A DNA stretch of 64,000 nt. Origin: Eledone cirrhosa. Taxonomy: Eukaryota. The notes under the pieces were generated by a model. The model saw only the letters and a list, made by a program, of their open reading frames with translations. It was not told the origin of the DNA and ran no database searches. The position numbers and the translations under genes were made by a program. The stretch lies in assembly GCA_964016885.1 (NCBI GenBank), contig OZ024746.1:8556001-8620000 (forward strand), written 5' to 3'. Below, one piece after another: positions 37,920-52,910 of this stretch (its first letter is position 1; each line of letters begins with the position of its first letter).

Positions 37920-38853
37920 TCACTTTTGAATATTTTCTGTCGCTTTCTGTCACTATTTTTCCAGTAAACTCTTCTTTCTCTTTTCTTTTATCTTATTCTC
38001 TATTTCTCATCATTTCAGCCTCATTACTTTCCCTTCTCCATCCTCTCCTAAAATCTCTTGGTTTCCCACCCCAACATCACACCTTCTCTCTCTCTTAATC
38101 ATTCGCTCTCTTTCTCATACGAGAACAAATTTTCGTAGAACGTTTTCCCCTCTCTATTTCATGTCTATCTTTCTTTCTCCGCCGTCTCTTTCTCTATTCC
38201 TGTGCATGTCTCTCACTCTTTTTATCTCTCTGTTTCGCTTACTCTCAGAATCATTGCTACATCTTACTGAGCAGATAGACCTATGTTCCTGCCTTAAGGG
38301 GATGTGAATATTGTTATTATTCAGCTTTCTCACATCATCACGTATCTATTAAGCAGGCTTAAAGATATTTCTTGTAGCCGGTCATTTGCTTCTCAATGTT
38401 TCAACGTGAGTTACTATGATCGTGTAGATTCACCTGTCCATCATTCAAGATTGGAAAATACTGGATGAATAATCAGCCTGAAGCAAGGATATATTCTTTC
38501 TTCAAAATGAATATGGGTCAATGTTTAGATAGAAAAACAAGTAACACCAAACAACGCCAAGAAATATCTATCTATATATATGTATATATATATATACACA
38601 TACACACACAAACATGTGTATATATATATAAACCCTAAGGGACAACAATATCAACGACCACAAAAATATACAGCAATGACAACAACAATGTGACAAGAAA
38701 TCATAAAAGCGAAAATAAATAATATAGATAAATATTTTTGTCTGAAATGTAAACAGCTGAAGATGTTTGTTTTTATGCAAATATAAGCGATAGCGATTAA
38801 CACCAAACTTAACATCGATCCAAGATGTTACAACTCTTTGAGCTTATTCTATG

Positions 38854-38943
<90 letters not shown>

Positions 38944-38998
38944 TTATGAATAAATAAATATATGTATATATCTATATATATATATATATATTCAGCTG

Positions 38999-39071
<73 letters not shown>

Positions 39072-39111
39072 TTATGAATAAATAAATATATATATTATAT
39101 ATACATATAGC

Positions 39112-39237
<126 letters not shown>

Positions 39238-39569
39238 CATATATATATATATGTATATATATATACAAATATATATATATATATGTATATGTATGTATGT
39301 ATGTATATGTATGTATGTAATCAGATAGTTTAGCCTAGAGCATTATAGAAAGTACACAAATTATTAATCGATTCAATCGTTTGTCAGTTGTTTTACATTA
39401 TTATCAATTGTTTTCAATGACATTTTATACACTACTTGTAAAATATTCACGCTTCCAGAATCAATTGAATTTGCTGCCTGTAAATGAACACATAGTATGA
39501 ACGTTGTGGCTGTTGATTCTTTTGTTTAACCCCAGGTCAGCCTTGACAGAACATATATATGATCTGAAG

Positions 39570-39693
39570 TCCCCGTAAGGATGAAAGGCAAAGTCAACCT
39601 CGGCGGGATTTGTACTCAGATCGTAAAGGGACGTAACTCTTTGCTGCAAAGCATGGCGTCCGACCCTTTACCGATACTGCCAATTCACCGCCC
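39570..39693 (-). mobile_element. SINE 5' half
   Basis: Family consensus match. Confidence 0.8.
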
Positions 39694-40567
39694 TGCGGGG
39701 TAAATCCAAGTGATTTTAGATGACGGACCCTGAAGGTCATTTATTGTGATAGTATGTGGAATAAATTTGCATAAGCTTTAATAATAAAAAAAGTTAACTT
39801 TCTACGTTCTACTTATATATCCTTCCGAGGTCAACTTTACCTTTCATACTTCTGGGGTCAATATAATCGACTTTCTCTTCCTTTCAATTAGCTAGCCTTG
39901 TGTCAATGTTAGAATGAAAGACTAAATGATTCCTCTAGACATCTGACGATGAAATTCCCTAACACTTCCCAATCTTATATTCATAAGAAGATGTGCATGT
40001 ATTTCATAAATGTCTTCTACAATGACCTCAAGTCACCCAAAGTTTCGAGGCTCAGATTTGGATGATAGAAACAGCATGGAAGACTGTTTGATATATTTAT
40101 TCTTTCAATCTTTATTTCATTCAATCATTGCACTAGGTCAATGATGGGTATCGGTTTCATTGCATTGACTTTTAATCAGTCACACTGAACTCTGTATATA
40201 TTTCTGTCTAAGAGTTATTTTATCGATTTCTACTCGTGGAATTGGTAAGTTACGAGACGTTAACCGATGTTGTTTTCACTGATGTAAATGTAAGCGCATA
40301 CAGAGAAACATGCAAACGGGCGCACTTATATAAGAATTAAACTGTTCGTTGTTAGGTTCGTGAGTGTCTAGTTATTACATACGTTGTTTTTCTATGTTCT
40401 TTTACTTATCTAACACAAACATACACATACGCACATATACACACTCACAGACACACGCACATATATATGTATGTATGCAAATACATATACATACACACAC
40501 ATACATATATATGTATATATACATATACATACACTCACACACACACATATATATATATATTTATGTG

Positions 40568-40685
<118 letters not shown>

Positions 40686-40911
40686 AAAATGAGGGTTTTT
40701 TCAAAATGAAAAAAAAACGAGATGTCCTACACGAGTAACAGTGTAAGTAAAAAAGATGAAATCGAAAATGCAACTGGAGTCTTTTTAAGAATATTTATTT
40801 GTTTCCTTTACCAGTTTCCAGTTCTTATGCTTTTTAAAAGTAGAATTGAGATGGAGGGTTTGTGGTTTGTCTCGGAGATGCGACAAAAGCCACAAACCCT
40901 CCATTTTTTTT

Positions 40912-40992
<81 letters not shown>

Positions 40993-41401
40993 TGGAGGCT
41001 TAGTAAAATCGAATCTTTGGCTGTGGGCAAGCAAATTCGACCTACAATATGAATGAGTTAGGAAATCACTCAATAAGGGTAGGTCCTTAGAGTAATAACA
41101 TACGTTTAAATAGCTTGACAAATTGAACATTGTGGTAGGCAAAATCTAACACACAATACCGAAAGAACTAACAGGTTGAAAAAATACACCTGGACAAATC
41201 AACCGTCATACGTTTAAAGTGTTTCTATGAATCTGAAATAAAATATCAGACTTACGTAACTAGCAAGCTTGTGGTATTCATGATCGAACAGAGGACTCAT
41301 TTCATCAACAGGAATTTCGTTCTACCAAAGAACGGGGCGAACACTAAATCGTGCTGCTAACAGCAAACGAATCGAACATTTAGTTGTCACGTGTTATTTC
41401 C

Positions 41402-41604
<203 letters not shown>

Positions 41605-41842
41605 GCTCAACTAAGTTATGTCCAATTACGCTATGTTTGATTTGTCTTTCGGCCCCCTACGTGATCGATAAAATATGTTCCAAATATTGAGATCTATATT
41701 GTCGGCTAAAACTACTGAAGTCAATGCCACAACATGGTGGAAGTACAAAGCCTGAAAACCGTAAAAGAATAAATAACATCTATGTTTCGGAGTTATATAT
41801 TTATCACACGAATACAAATGAACAATCTTCCCGCAGACCTCG

Positions 41843-41894
<52 letters not shown>

Positions 41895-41897
41895 CCC

Positions 41898-41933
<36 letters not shown>

Positions 41934-41957
41934 CTATATCTATCTATATACACATAC

Positions 41958-42045
<88 letters not shown>

Positions 42046-42082
42046 TATATGTATATATACATATATATTATATATATATATA

Positions 42083-42160
<78 letters not shown>

Positions 42161-42309
42161 ATATATATATATATATATGTAAAGTTATATTTAAAATTGT
42201 TGGGTTACAACTAGTAAATATTTATAACTGATATAAAAGCACTCGACAAATACTTGGAGTATATTTACAATATTAAATAAATGGAAAACTATATTTATAA
42301 AACCATATT

Positions 42310-42375
42310 TATTTCATTATATATATTTCGGGGATATCATATTAACAATATGCTATGCCTTCATCAGACAAAATA
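42310..42375 (-). ncRNA. Hammerhead motif in the inverted pseudo-LTR
   Basis: Exact reverse complement of 46496-46561. Confidence 0.68.
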
Positions 42376-42738
42376 CAATATAAACAGTTTTATCGATAAA
42401 TATATTCGACATACCGTAATAAACATCAACTTCATTTGAAGAGGTTCACTCTAGCAGTGAAAATACAGAGAGAAAGAAAGAGAGAGAGAAAAGAGGGAAA
42501 TAAGAAAGAAAGAAAGACGAAACGAAGAAAAGGAAGAAAAAGAAGAAAAAGAAGAAATGCATGGGACAAAATAGAGAGATGGAAAAATAGATAAAGCGAA
42601 GAGCTTCATGTAAAGAGACCGAAAGAGATATATATATATATATAGAGAGAGGAAATAGAGATAGATACATATATAAATATAGATATAGAAAAATTAGGTA
42701 GTGGGAGGTCATTTTGAGTAAGTGTATCAATGATGCAT

Positions 42739-42773
<35 letters not shown>

Positions 42774-43363
42774 GCTCAAGTATTAATGTAAGGGAGATAT
42801 AGAGAGATATAGAGAGATATAGAGAGAGAAAAATTTAAAAATAGCCAGACATATTCGAGGCGTAGAAAACCCTATGTTTTAATGTATTAGTATTTATAAA
42901 ACTTACACTATATTGTAAATATCAGTATTCCTGAATGAAACAAGTATTCACAATGCGTGAAAATTCATTATCTTATGTTTAGTTTTTTAAAAAATTCATA
43001 TGTCTATGTGAATCCAACTGATTCACTCCGCAAATTCAAAGTTACCGGAAAACATTCTCAATGTGGTATAAACATTTGAGCGTATTATTATTCTTGCGAT
43101 TACTCTACAAGATTATCTATCAAGCAGAAATAGAGAGCAGATTTCAATATACTAATCGAAAATATATATTATATTATAAGCAGAGATAACAATAATAATG
43201 ATAATAAGTAAAAATATATAAAAATATAAAAATATAGAATAGAAAACTAAAAAAGAATATTACGAAAGAATATTACATAATAAAAAAATATTGCATATTA
43301 AAAATACTATGTTTTAAAATTATTACGTATTAAAACTTTACATATAAAAATATTAAAAATAAA

Positions 43364-44341
43364 TTAATCGCACCTTCAAAATCGGACCTGGGCAAATTAA
43401 GCAAAAACATTCTTGACAGGGTGATACTGCAAATTAAGAACTTGGATTATGTATCTAACCTGAGCTTGTGGAAGGGAACCGGAGAGGTTGTTGAGTGGTT
43501 TAGGCAAATTAAATATGACAATAATAATAGGTTTATTCAACTTGATATAGCTAACTATTATTCTTCTATTACCCCTAGTCTACTAAATAAGGCACTAAAT
43601 TACGCATTCAAACATACGGACCTAACTAGCAAAGAAATGCATATTATATTATCGGCTAGGAAAACTTTGATAGAATTTGATGACAAATTATGGACCAGAG
43701 CAGATAGAGATAGCAATTTTGACATAACTATGGGATCTTCCGACTCAGCTCAAGTAACTGACCTTGTGGGCTTATTTTTAATCAATTCGCTACATAGGAA
43801 AATACCTGGTACTACCGGAGGTTTATATAGGGATGACATGCTTTTACTCATTAATAATAATAACCCTGAACTAAATAGAAAATGTAAACAAATTACAAAA
43901 TTTTTTAATTACTTTAACCTTAAAATAGAAATTGAGAACAACCATAGAATAGTCAATTTCCTAGATATAACATTAAATCTCAACACATGTCTCCACTATC
44001 CTTTTCACAAGTTGAATGAAAACTTAAACTATGTCAACTTTAACTCTAACCACCCCAGATCTGTCAAAAACACTATAGTAAACTCAGTCCAAAAGCGTAT
44101 CTCTAGGATCTCGTCGAATAGAAAGATTTTTGACGAAAAGGCCCAATACTATAATGATGCACTAGCTAGGGCAGGGTATGCTGATAAGATTGTGTACATA
44201 GATAATGATAAACAAACTAAACAAAGTAACAACTTTTTTAATTATGGCAACAACATTAACAACTATAATAGAAAGCATTACAATAATTCCAAAGGACAAA
44301 AAAGAAATAGAACTAGGAACATAATTTGGTTTGCCCCCCCC
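43364..44341 (+). CDS. Penelope-type reverse transcriptase (N-truncated at the inversion junction)
   Basis: LIAPSKSDLGKLSK, FIQLDIANYYSSI, ITMGSSDSAQVTDLVG, GLYRDD, VNFLDITL, YVNFNSNHP. Confidence 0.9.
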
Positions 44342-44987
44342 TTTCTCACTAAACATTAAAACCCACATCGCTAAATTATTTTTCAAAGCTCTTGATAATC
44401 GCTTCCCTAGAACACATAGGTACCACTCAATCTTCAATAGGCATACAATTAAATTAACCTATTCATCCACCAAAAATTTAGCACAAAATATTAATAGAAT
44501 AAATAATAGGAACTTAAAAACTACTGATAATAGCATAAATAATATACAAGTTAACAAATGCAACTGTAGAGATAGATCTAAATGTCCGTTAAATAACAAC
44601 TGCTTAGTTAAAAATATAGTATACAATTGTAATGTTAATACTGACTCTAATTCTTTTAACTACGTCGGTTCCACATCGACGGAATTTAAACTTCGCTATA
44701 ATAACCACAAGAATTCTTTCACAGATCCAAATAAAAAATCTTCAACGGCACTATCAGGTGTACTCTGGCAACTTAAGCTAGATAACGTTAGATATTCGAC
44801 GGCTTGGAATATAGTCTCAAGAGGGATTCCTTTTAATTCATCCTCTGAGACATGTGACCTCTGCGCAGAGGAGATATTCTTTATACTAAAATCTAAAAAT
44901 TCCCTTAACCTACGGACAAATTTATTCAGTTGTTGCAAACATAGATTAAACTCAACGTTTAAATATAAATTTAAATTTAAAATGTAG
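44342..44987 (+). CDS. Linker + GIY-YIG endonuclease (joined to the RT if one C is removed from the C8 run at 44334-44341)
   Basis: CNCRDRSKCPLNNNC, NIVY..YVGST..FKLRYNNH, CDLCAEE, LN.RT..FSCCKH. Confidence 0.88.
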
Positions 44988-46097
44988 TATATTTAGTTTG
45001 ATTTATATTTATATGAGAACTAGCCGATAAATCTTTTGATTCCTAAATCTTTGATTCCCTCTTTTTACTGTTTATTTTATTGTATTTATTTTTATTTTTA
45101 TTTTTATTTTTATCTAAACATTCCTCATGAAAAATTAAGCTACCCTAAAAGCCGATGCTCCAAATTTTATGAATTAACCTTACACTTGATAAACTTATAT
45201 ATTAAATATAGGAACATATGTAGACATTATTGGACATCATAACCTTTTTTTTTTTTTTTTTTTTTTTTGCGATATTCCTTGCTAGATGTGATTTGATAGA
45301 TAATTTTTGGCTTTGTCTTGTAGTGAACTTGGCAATATATTGTCAATTAACCTTGAAGGGTTGTTCTTTGTGGTTTATTTTTTATTTTTATTTTTATTTT
45401 TATTTTTATTTTTATTTTTATTTTTATTTTTATTCTTTTAGTATTGTAGTATTCTATAATATTTTTATATTTTTATTTTTTATTTTTTATTTTATTTTAT
45501 TTTTATTTTTATTTTTAATATTTTTATATGTAAAGTTTTAATACGTAATAATTTTAAAACATAGTATTTTTAATATGCAATATTTTTTTATTATGTAATA
45601 TTCTTTCGTAATATTCTTTTTTAGTTTTCTATTCTATATTTTTATATTTTTATATATTTTTACTTATTATCATTATTATTGTTATCTCTGCTTATAATAT
45701 AATATATATTTTCGATTAGTATATTGAAATCTGCTCTCTATTTCTGCTTGATAGATAATCTTGTAGAGTAATCGCAAGAATAATAATACGCTCAAATGTT
45801 TATACCACATTGAGAATGTTTTCCGGTAACTTTGAATTTGCGGAGTGAATCAGTTGGATTCACATAGACATATGAATTTTTTAAAAAACTAAACATAAGA
45901 TAATGAATTTTCACGCATTGTGAATACTTGTTTCATTCAGGAATACTGATATTTACAATATAGTGTAAGTTTTATAAATACTAATACATTAAAACATAGG
46001 GTTTTCTACGCCTCGAATATGTCTGGCTATTTTTAAATTTTTCTCTCTCTATATCTCTCTATATCTCTCTATATCTCCCTTACATTAATACTTGAGC

Positions 46098-46132
<35 letters not shown>

Positions 46133-46495
46133 ATGCATCATTGATACACTTACTCAAAATGACCTCCCACTACCTAATTTTTCTATATCTATATTTATAT
46201 ATGTATCTATCTCTATTTCCTCTCTCTCTATATATATATATATCTCTTTCGGTCTCTTTACATGAAGCTCTTCGCTTTATCTATTTTTCCATCTCTCTAT
46301 TTTGTCCCATGCATTTCTTCTTTTTCTTCTTTTTCTTCCTTTTCTTCGTTTCGTCTTTCTTTCTTTCTTATTTCCCTCTTTTCTCTCTCTCTTTCTTTCT
46401 CTCTGTATTTTCACTGCTAGAGTGAACCTCTTCAAATGAAGTTGATGTTTATTACGGTATGTCGAATATATTTATCTATAAAACTGTTTATATTG

Positions 46496-46561
46496 TATTT
46501 TGTCTGATGAAGGCATAGCATATTGTTAATATGATATCCCCGAAATATATATAATGAAATA
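46496..46561 (+). ncRNA. Type-I hammerhead motif in the 3' pseudo-LTR
   Basis: tattttgt-CTGATGA-a-gg..catatt(gtt)aatatg..cc-c-GAAA-tatata-TA-atgaaata; 8-bp stem I with two G-U pairs. Confidence 0.68.
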
Positions 46562-46599
46562 AATATGGTTTTATAAATATAGTTTTCCATTTATTTAAT

Positions 46600-46645
<46 letters not shown>

Positions 46646-46754
46646 CACACATATATATATATATACATACACACACATATATATATATATATGAACCTAA
46701 TACCAATACGGTTTGTACTGCACTCTTCGTTAATGGCTTTGTTTTTTGTTTTTA

Positions 46755-46832
<78 letters not shown>

Positions 46833-47789
46833 CATATATTCGCTTTACTTTCTTCTGTTCACCTGTTTGGAACAAATGTTGAGCATGCAGCGACATTAAC
46901 TAGCGTTTAGTTCTTTTATATGTGCTCTATTATTTATAATATATTCAAGTACTGAATGAGGTTTTAGCTGGTTTCTTTTCTTTCCGTAATATATCTCTGT
47001 TGGATATTTCATTCTTTAAGTAAAATCACGGGGCTTTAAGTCTCTCTTCTTATGTGCATCATTTGTAAGTCATTTGTTAGAGAAAGTTTCTAGTTTGTTA
47101 CTTGAATCAGCTTGTCTCCATTTTTACTTTATTTATAATCGTTTCTCATTTATCTCGAATCTTTGTTTTATTCTATCTATTCAATTTATATATCATATTG
47201 AAATTTTTGTTTACCTTTTTTTTTATACTCATCCGGCTTCTTTCATCACTGCTACGATCTTCGTAAGAACATTTCTTATTTTTAGTTGGAAAGTATATTA
47301 TGTCTATATTTTGGTACTTATTTTTACATTTTACGTCCATCCTTTTCATCTCTTTCATGTATGTATGTATGTATGTATGTATGTATGTATGTATGTATGT
47401 ATGTATGTATGTATGTATGTATGTATGTATGTATGTATGTATGTATGTATGTATGTATGCGTGCATGTATGTATGTATGCATGTATGTATGTATGTATGT
47501 ATGTATGTATGTATGTATGTATGTATGTATGTATGTATGTATGTATGTATGTTTGTATGTATGTTTGTATGGATGTTTGTATGTAAGTATATGTTATTCT
47601 GGTTTTATAATTTCACAAATTTTTGCCAAAAGAGAGAGAGAGTCGGTTTCTAACATAGACATAATACTCTCATTGGAATTTACACAACATCAACTAGGTA
47701 GATACGTATGTATGTCTGCATGTGTAGATATGGATGTTATTGTATGTGTGGATATGTATAGGCTTTGTATTTGTACATGTGTATATGCA

Positions 47790-47972
47790 GTTATTAGATG
47801 CAAATTTTTGAAATGTTTTACATATTTTTACGGTTCCATTAATGGATTGTACTTGTAATTTCCTAACTAGTTGTGTTCTTTCTGTTTCTGTGAAGCCCAA
47901 CTTCTCAAGATTTGTATTGAGGCAGTTACTAACATATCCCAGTGCCCCAATAATCACATCATAAATCTGAAG
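47790..47972 (-). pseudogene. C-terminal fragment of a second R4/Dong-like RLE ORF
   Basis: IIGALGYV..LEKLGF..LVRKLQVQSINGTVKICKTFQKF aligns with [37 protein letters not shown] of the 12444 ORF. Confidence 0.75.
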
Positions 47973-48156
47973 GTGCTTTCACCCTTAACGGGATCTTCTG
48001 AAACTAAAAACTTTAGTTTCAGAAGATCCCGTTAAGGGTGAAAGCACCCATTCTTTGCTTAAACTTTATTCTAATAAATATTTGCTCTAGGGTTCTTATA
48101 TATTTGATACATATTTTTCCTTATCGAGCCCTCTTTGGATTTTAGTCTTCACATTT
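47971..48156 (+). mobile_element. Penelope-type terminal remnant with hairpin junction and CAGAAGA-core HHR (48015-48065); related inverted copy 48788-48965
   Basis: Palindrome 47971-48048; agttt-CAGAAGA-t-ccc(gttaa)ggg-t-GAAA-gca(9 nt)tgc-TT-aaact. Confidence 0.65.
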
Positions 48157-48164
48157 ATTATTAT

Positions 48165-48194
<30 letters not shown>

Positions 48195-48195
<1 letters not shown>

Positions 48196-48327
48196 ACGAA
48201 GGAAATGTGGTAAGGAACCAGGTGGACCATAACGCACCAAAGTACTCAATACTTGAGGTAGTAGAGTGAGTCCAGAATTAGCCGTCGAAACGGCTTGAGC
48301 TCAGCTGTCGGGGTCTTACTGGTTCCT
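48195..48327 (+). mobile_element. Hairpin element copy 3 (one arm deleted)
   Basis: Same sequence as 4911-5104 lacking the left arm; shares variants with copy 4. Confidence 0.8.
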
Positions 48328-48446
48328 ATATATATATATATATATATCCAATGTAGAAAAGTAACACACGAGTTGATATATATAAAAGCAAATAGTAGAA
48401 AGGAAAAATATTTTTTCAGTAGAAATATCAAAACATTAATTTATTT

Positions 48447-48484
48447 ACAATACCGGTTTCAGCATTACATGCATTGTCAATTGC
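48447..48484 (-). ncRNA. Minimal hammerhead motif with U3-A8 core
   Basis: Minus strand: gcaa-TTGACAA-t-gcat(gta)atgc-t-GAAA-ccgg-TA-ttgt. Confidence 0.62.
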
Positions 48485-48541
48485 GGATATGCAGAATATT
48501 GTTAAGTTGCATATTTGTACAAATAGTGTTAATAATAATAA

Positions 48542-48787
48542 TAATTGTTTCTACTTTTGACACAAGGCCAGCAATTATCCCAGTGTATTACTGGTACTTA
48601 TATAGTAATAATTGTTTCTACTTTTGGCACAAGGCCAGCAATTACCCAGTGCATTACTGGTACTTTATTTTATCGACCTTGTAAGGATGAAAGGCAAAGT
48701 CAACCTCGGCGGGATTTGAACTCAGATCGTAAAGGGACGTAACTATGCTTGAAAGCATGGCGTCCGACCCTCTACCGATACTGCCAA
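48542..48787 (-). mobile_element. SINE with duplicated 3' end
   Basis: Family consensus match; 3' block repeated at 48542 and 48608. Confidence 0.85.
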
Positions 48788-48986
48788 AATGTGAAGACTA
48801 AAATCCAAAGAGGGCTCGATAAGGATAAATATATATCAAATATATAAGAATCCAAGAGCAAATATTTATTAAAATTACAGATTAAAGTTTAAGCAAAGAA
48901 TCGCTGCTTTCAGAAGATCCCGTTAAGGGTGAAAGCAACGATTCTTTGCTTAAACTTTAATCTGTTATTTTAATATATGTATATAA

Positions 48987-49052
<66 letters not shown>

Positions 49053-49055
<3 letters not shown>

Positions 49056-49266
49056 AACCAGTAAGACCCCGACAGCTGAGCTCAAGCCGTTTCGACGGCT
49101 AATTCTGGACGCATTCCAGACGCATTCTGAGTCCAGAATTAGCCGTCGAAACGGCTTGAGCTCAGCTGTCGGGGTCTTACTGGTTCCTATTACCCACTCT
49201 ACTACCTCAAGTATTGAGTACTTTGGTGCGTTATGGTCCACCTGGTTCCTTACCACATTTCCTTCG

Positions 49267-49268
<2 letters not shown>
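49053..49268 (-). mobile_element. Hairpin element copy 4 (longer loop)
   Basis: Arms extend to ..aattctggac / gtccagaatt.. around the loop gcattccagacgcattctga. Confidence 0.85.
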
Positions 49269-49325
<57 letters not shown>

Positions 49326-50933
49326 GATGTCCTAGCTTATTTGCATATGTTTAGAGATTTACCTCTGAATGATCTTATTTTTATTGTTTATTGTTCACTC
49401 GTTATTAATGTCTTTATTTTGTATTCTTTGTATTAACTGGTCTATTAGAAATCACGGGAGTATCCCCAAGACGTATATTCTTGTTTTTTAGATCTCGAAA
49501 AGGAATATGACCGCGTTTCTCAGGACCTGCTATGAAAGGTTCTGCAGAAGCATAGGATTGAATGTCAGCTTGCTACCCTGATGTCTCTATACGAATGCCA
49601 GAATATTTGTGTTCAGATAAATTAACTGCATTAGTTTGGTTTCTAACATGTTTTGGCTTTTAATATATTATCTTCTGAAATAAGCTAATCTGTTGGGGTG
49701 AAACGTTATGTTTAGATTTGATGAATTATGTAAGTTTCAAGGTATTTGTACTTTGACAATTTGTCAACCTCCTTTCTGGCAATATTTTGGTCAAAATAAT
49801 TGACTTATTTGAGTACATACATTTTCGTTCCCTTTCTTAATAAGTATATTTGCAAAATTTTCTCTTTGGCCTCATTGTTAGACTGCACAGCTGCCTTTTT
49901 AGCTGACTGTGGACAGGCTGTTGTTATATACCTTGTTTAGAACATATTTGTACAAGTGAAGTTGTATACATTTATACAAATATGAATATTGTTTTCATGC
50001 TGAAGTGTCGGCATATTGCCAAGTGGCCAAAGCTGCTAACACGTTCGTGTCTGTGAATATAATTAAACCTCGAATGACGTGAGCAGCAAGAAATCGTGTG
50101 TTCAATTGACTAATACTGATTGTAGTTATATCTCCTAATTATTTGGAGCTAAGCACCTAAAATCAGACTATTTGTCTGTGTTTTTAGTCGAGATATTTTG
50201 AATCATTACTGTTTTCCATTCTGTCGAATCTTGAAGGGTATAGGCAGTTTTAATGTTTCTGGAGTACATGAAGATCCTGTTTATTCTAAAAATATAATCT
50301 AGTTAACCTTTAAAACCTAAAGAATTAAGCACACCTAGAAAAACATTTATAAAAGTCTTTATGGTAAAAGAAATTCCCAGTTCAAACTTCAACAATATCA
50401 ATTTTTCCTTTCATTTCTTCAAAGACCGAGAACATAAGTTCCAGTTAACCAAGATATAAACAGTTATACCCTTTTCAAAAATTTGTGACCTTGTGCTTAA
50501 TTTAGAAATAATTATTAATTTCATTAGGGTTGCGTGTTTATACGACATAATCAACCAGCATCATCTCATTTGTCTCGAATATGAGCAATGTTTTACTTTT
50601 AGTTTTATTGTATTGCTAGTACTCAACATATATAACGTACTTAGTAGGCATATATTTCTGTGTGTTATAATATATTTCAGTATCTCTTATTCTCCAACCA
50701 CCCATTATTCAGTATATCACATTTCTAGTTTTTTATTTATTTAGATAATTTCTCCATTCTTTCGGAGATATTTTCTCACCAGTTGGGATTAATACGTCGA
50801 TTAGTTGGTTTTAACTTGCAGTTCTTTGAAAATGATATCTCCAATATTCTCTTTTAATTTATGTCTTGTCTCCACCTTTTATATTACCTCTTCATTTCAT
50901 CTTCACTAAATTACCCTGCCTCTTACTACTAAA

Positions 50934-51452
<519 letters not shown>

Positions 51453-51487
51453 GACCTTGTGCCTAAACCAGAAACCATTATTGCTAG

Positions 51488-51712
51488 GGCGGTAGATTGG
51501 CAGTATCGGTAGAACGCTGGACAACATTGTTGCTGCAAATAGTTACGGCCCTTTTCGCTCTGAGTTCAAATCCCCGCTGAAGTTAGCTTAGCTTTTCATC
51601 TTTACGGAGATCGATAAAATAAAGTACCAGTAACGCAGTAGGGTCTATTATTTATTCGACTTACTCCTTCCTTTCAAATTGTTGGCTATGTGCCAAACGT
51701 AGAATTAATTAT
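51488..51712 (+). mobile_element. Older SINE copy
   Basis: Diverged A/B boxes and body. Confidence 0.75.
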
Positions 51713-52223
51713 TGTTGCAGCAAAGAATAGGTAGATTAGATAAGGCCGTTATATCTTCATTCCGTATCAGGCCGCGTTCAATCTCGACCTTTTATTCTTC
51801 CGGATTTCCACAGAATTAAGATTAGTCTAATGTGAAGGCCCATGGATTAGTGGCCCGTTGTTCGGCTTATGATCATACGGTTGTAATTTCGATATTCGGC
51901 AGCCGTTATGTCATGCTGAATTTCCTTGAGAACTACGTTAAGTGTGTGGGCTTGTCAGTGGAATGTTCCATTACTTGAGCGTTAATTTCATTGTTCAGAA
52001 CCGACGGATGCCCGATGGATGTCCATTCCAACGCTTGCACACACACACAAGCACACATACACACATACACACAAGCACACACACAAACACAAGCATACAT
52101 ACATATTAGTCTTTACTGGGGGTAAGGATGATTTAAGCGATAACAACCTCTTCTACATATTGTCTTGTCTTATGTCTATGTAAGACATCAATTTTATCAT
52201 TGATCATTCTTATTTACATTCAT

Positions 52224-52527
52224 TTTGCCTTTCATCCTTACGGGGTCGATAAAATAAAGTACCAGTAATGTATTGGGATAATTGCTGGCCTTGTGCCAAT
52301 AATAGAAACAATTATTATTGGTGACAAGAGGCAGTGGATTGGCAGTATCAGTAGAGGGTTGGACGCCATGCTTTGCAGCAAAGAGTTACGTCCCTTTATG
52401 GTCTGAGTTCAAATCCCGCCGAGGTTAACGTTGCCTTTCATCCTTACGGGGTCGATAAAATAAAGTACCAGTAATACACTGGAGTAATTGCTGGCCTTGT
52501 ATCTACCGATACTGCCAATCCACCGCT
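52224..52527 (+). mobile_element. SINE cluster (3' half, near-full copy, short inverted 5' piece)
   Basis: Family consensus matches; 52503-52526 is the reverse complement of the SINE head. Confidence 0.8.
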
Positions 52528-52707
52528 TGGTGAGACATAATTATTGTCATCTCTAAGTCAATGGCAATATTATTCTGTTATATAATTTTTCAATAACAAT
52601 GTCCATTCAAGCTGATCATTGGTCAAAGAATGTTCTAGCCTGGAACAGACGATCGTATCGTCTGTCGTTGCAGTCTATCATGTAATGATGCATTGACTAA
52701 ATTTTAC

Positions 52708-52759
<52 letters not shown>

Positions 52760-52860
52760 CGCGAGAGGCAGAAAAAGAGAAAGAGAAACAAAGAGAGAAA
52801 GAGAAAGATACACACACACACATAAATATATATATACATACACACGTTCTTCTTCTTCAT

Positions 52861-52910
<50 letters not shown>

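Larger units (their letters stand above)
42179..46605 (+). mobile_element. Penelope-like retroelement, 5'-truncated, with 1.1-kb inverted pseudo-LTRs, inserted in (TA)n
   Basis: Arms 42266-43363 and 45508-46605 are almost perfect reverse complements. RT and GIY-YIG ORFs lie between them, with an HHR in each arm. The left arm has an extra ~87-bp tail. Confidence 0.93.

Noticed and set aside
42446-42730. Duplicated 94-aa hydrophobic ORF (also 46141-46425)
   Set aside because: Low-complexity CT-rich UTR sequence duplicated by the inverted repeat.
49330-50860. Ancient LINE RT remnant
   Set aside because: Only hints of GVPQG/YADD-like decay; no readable frame.
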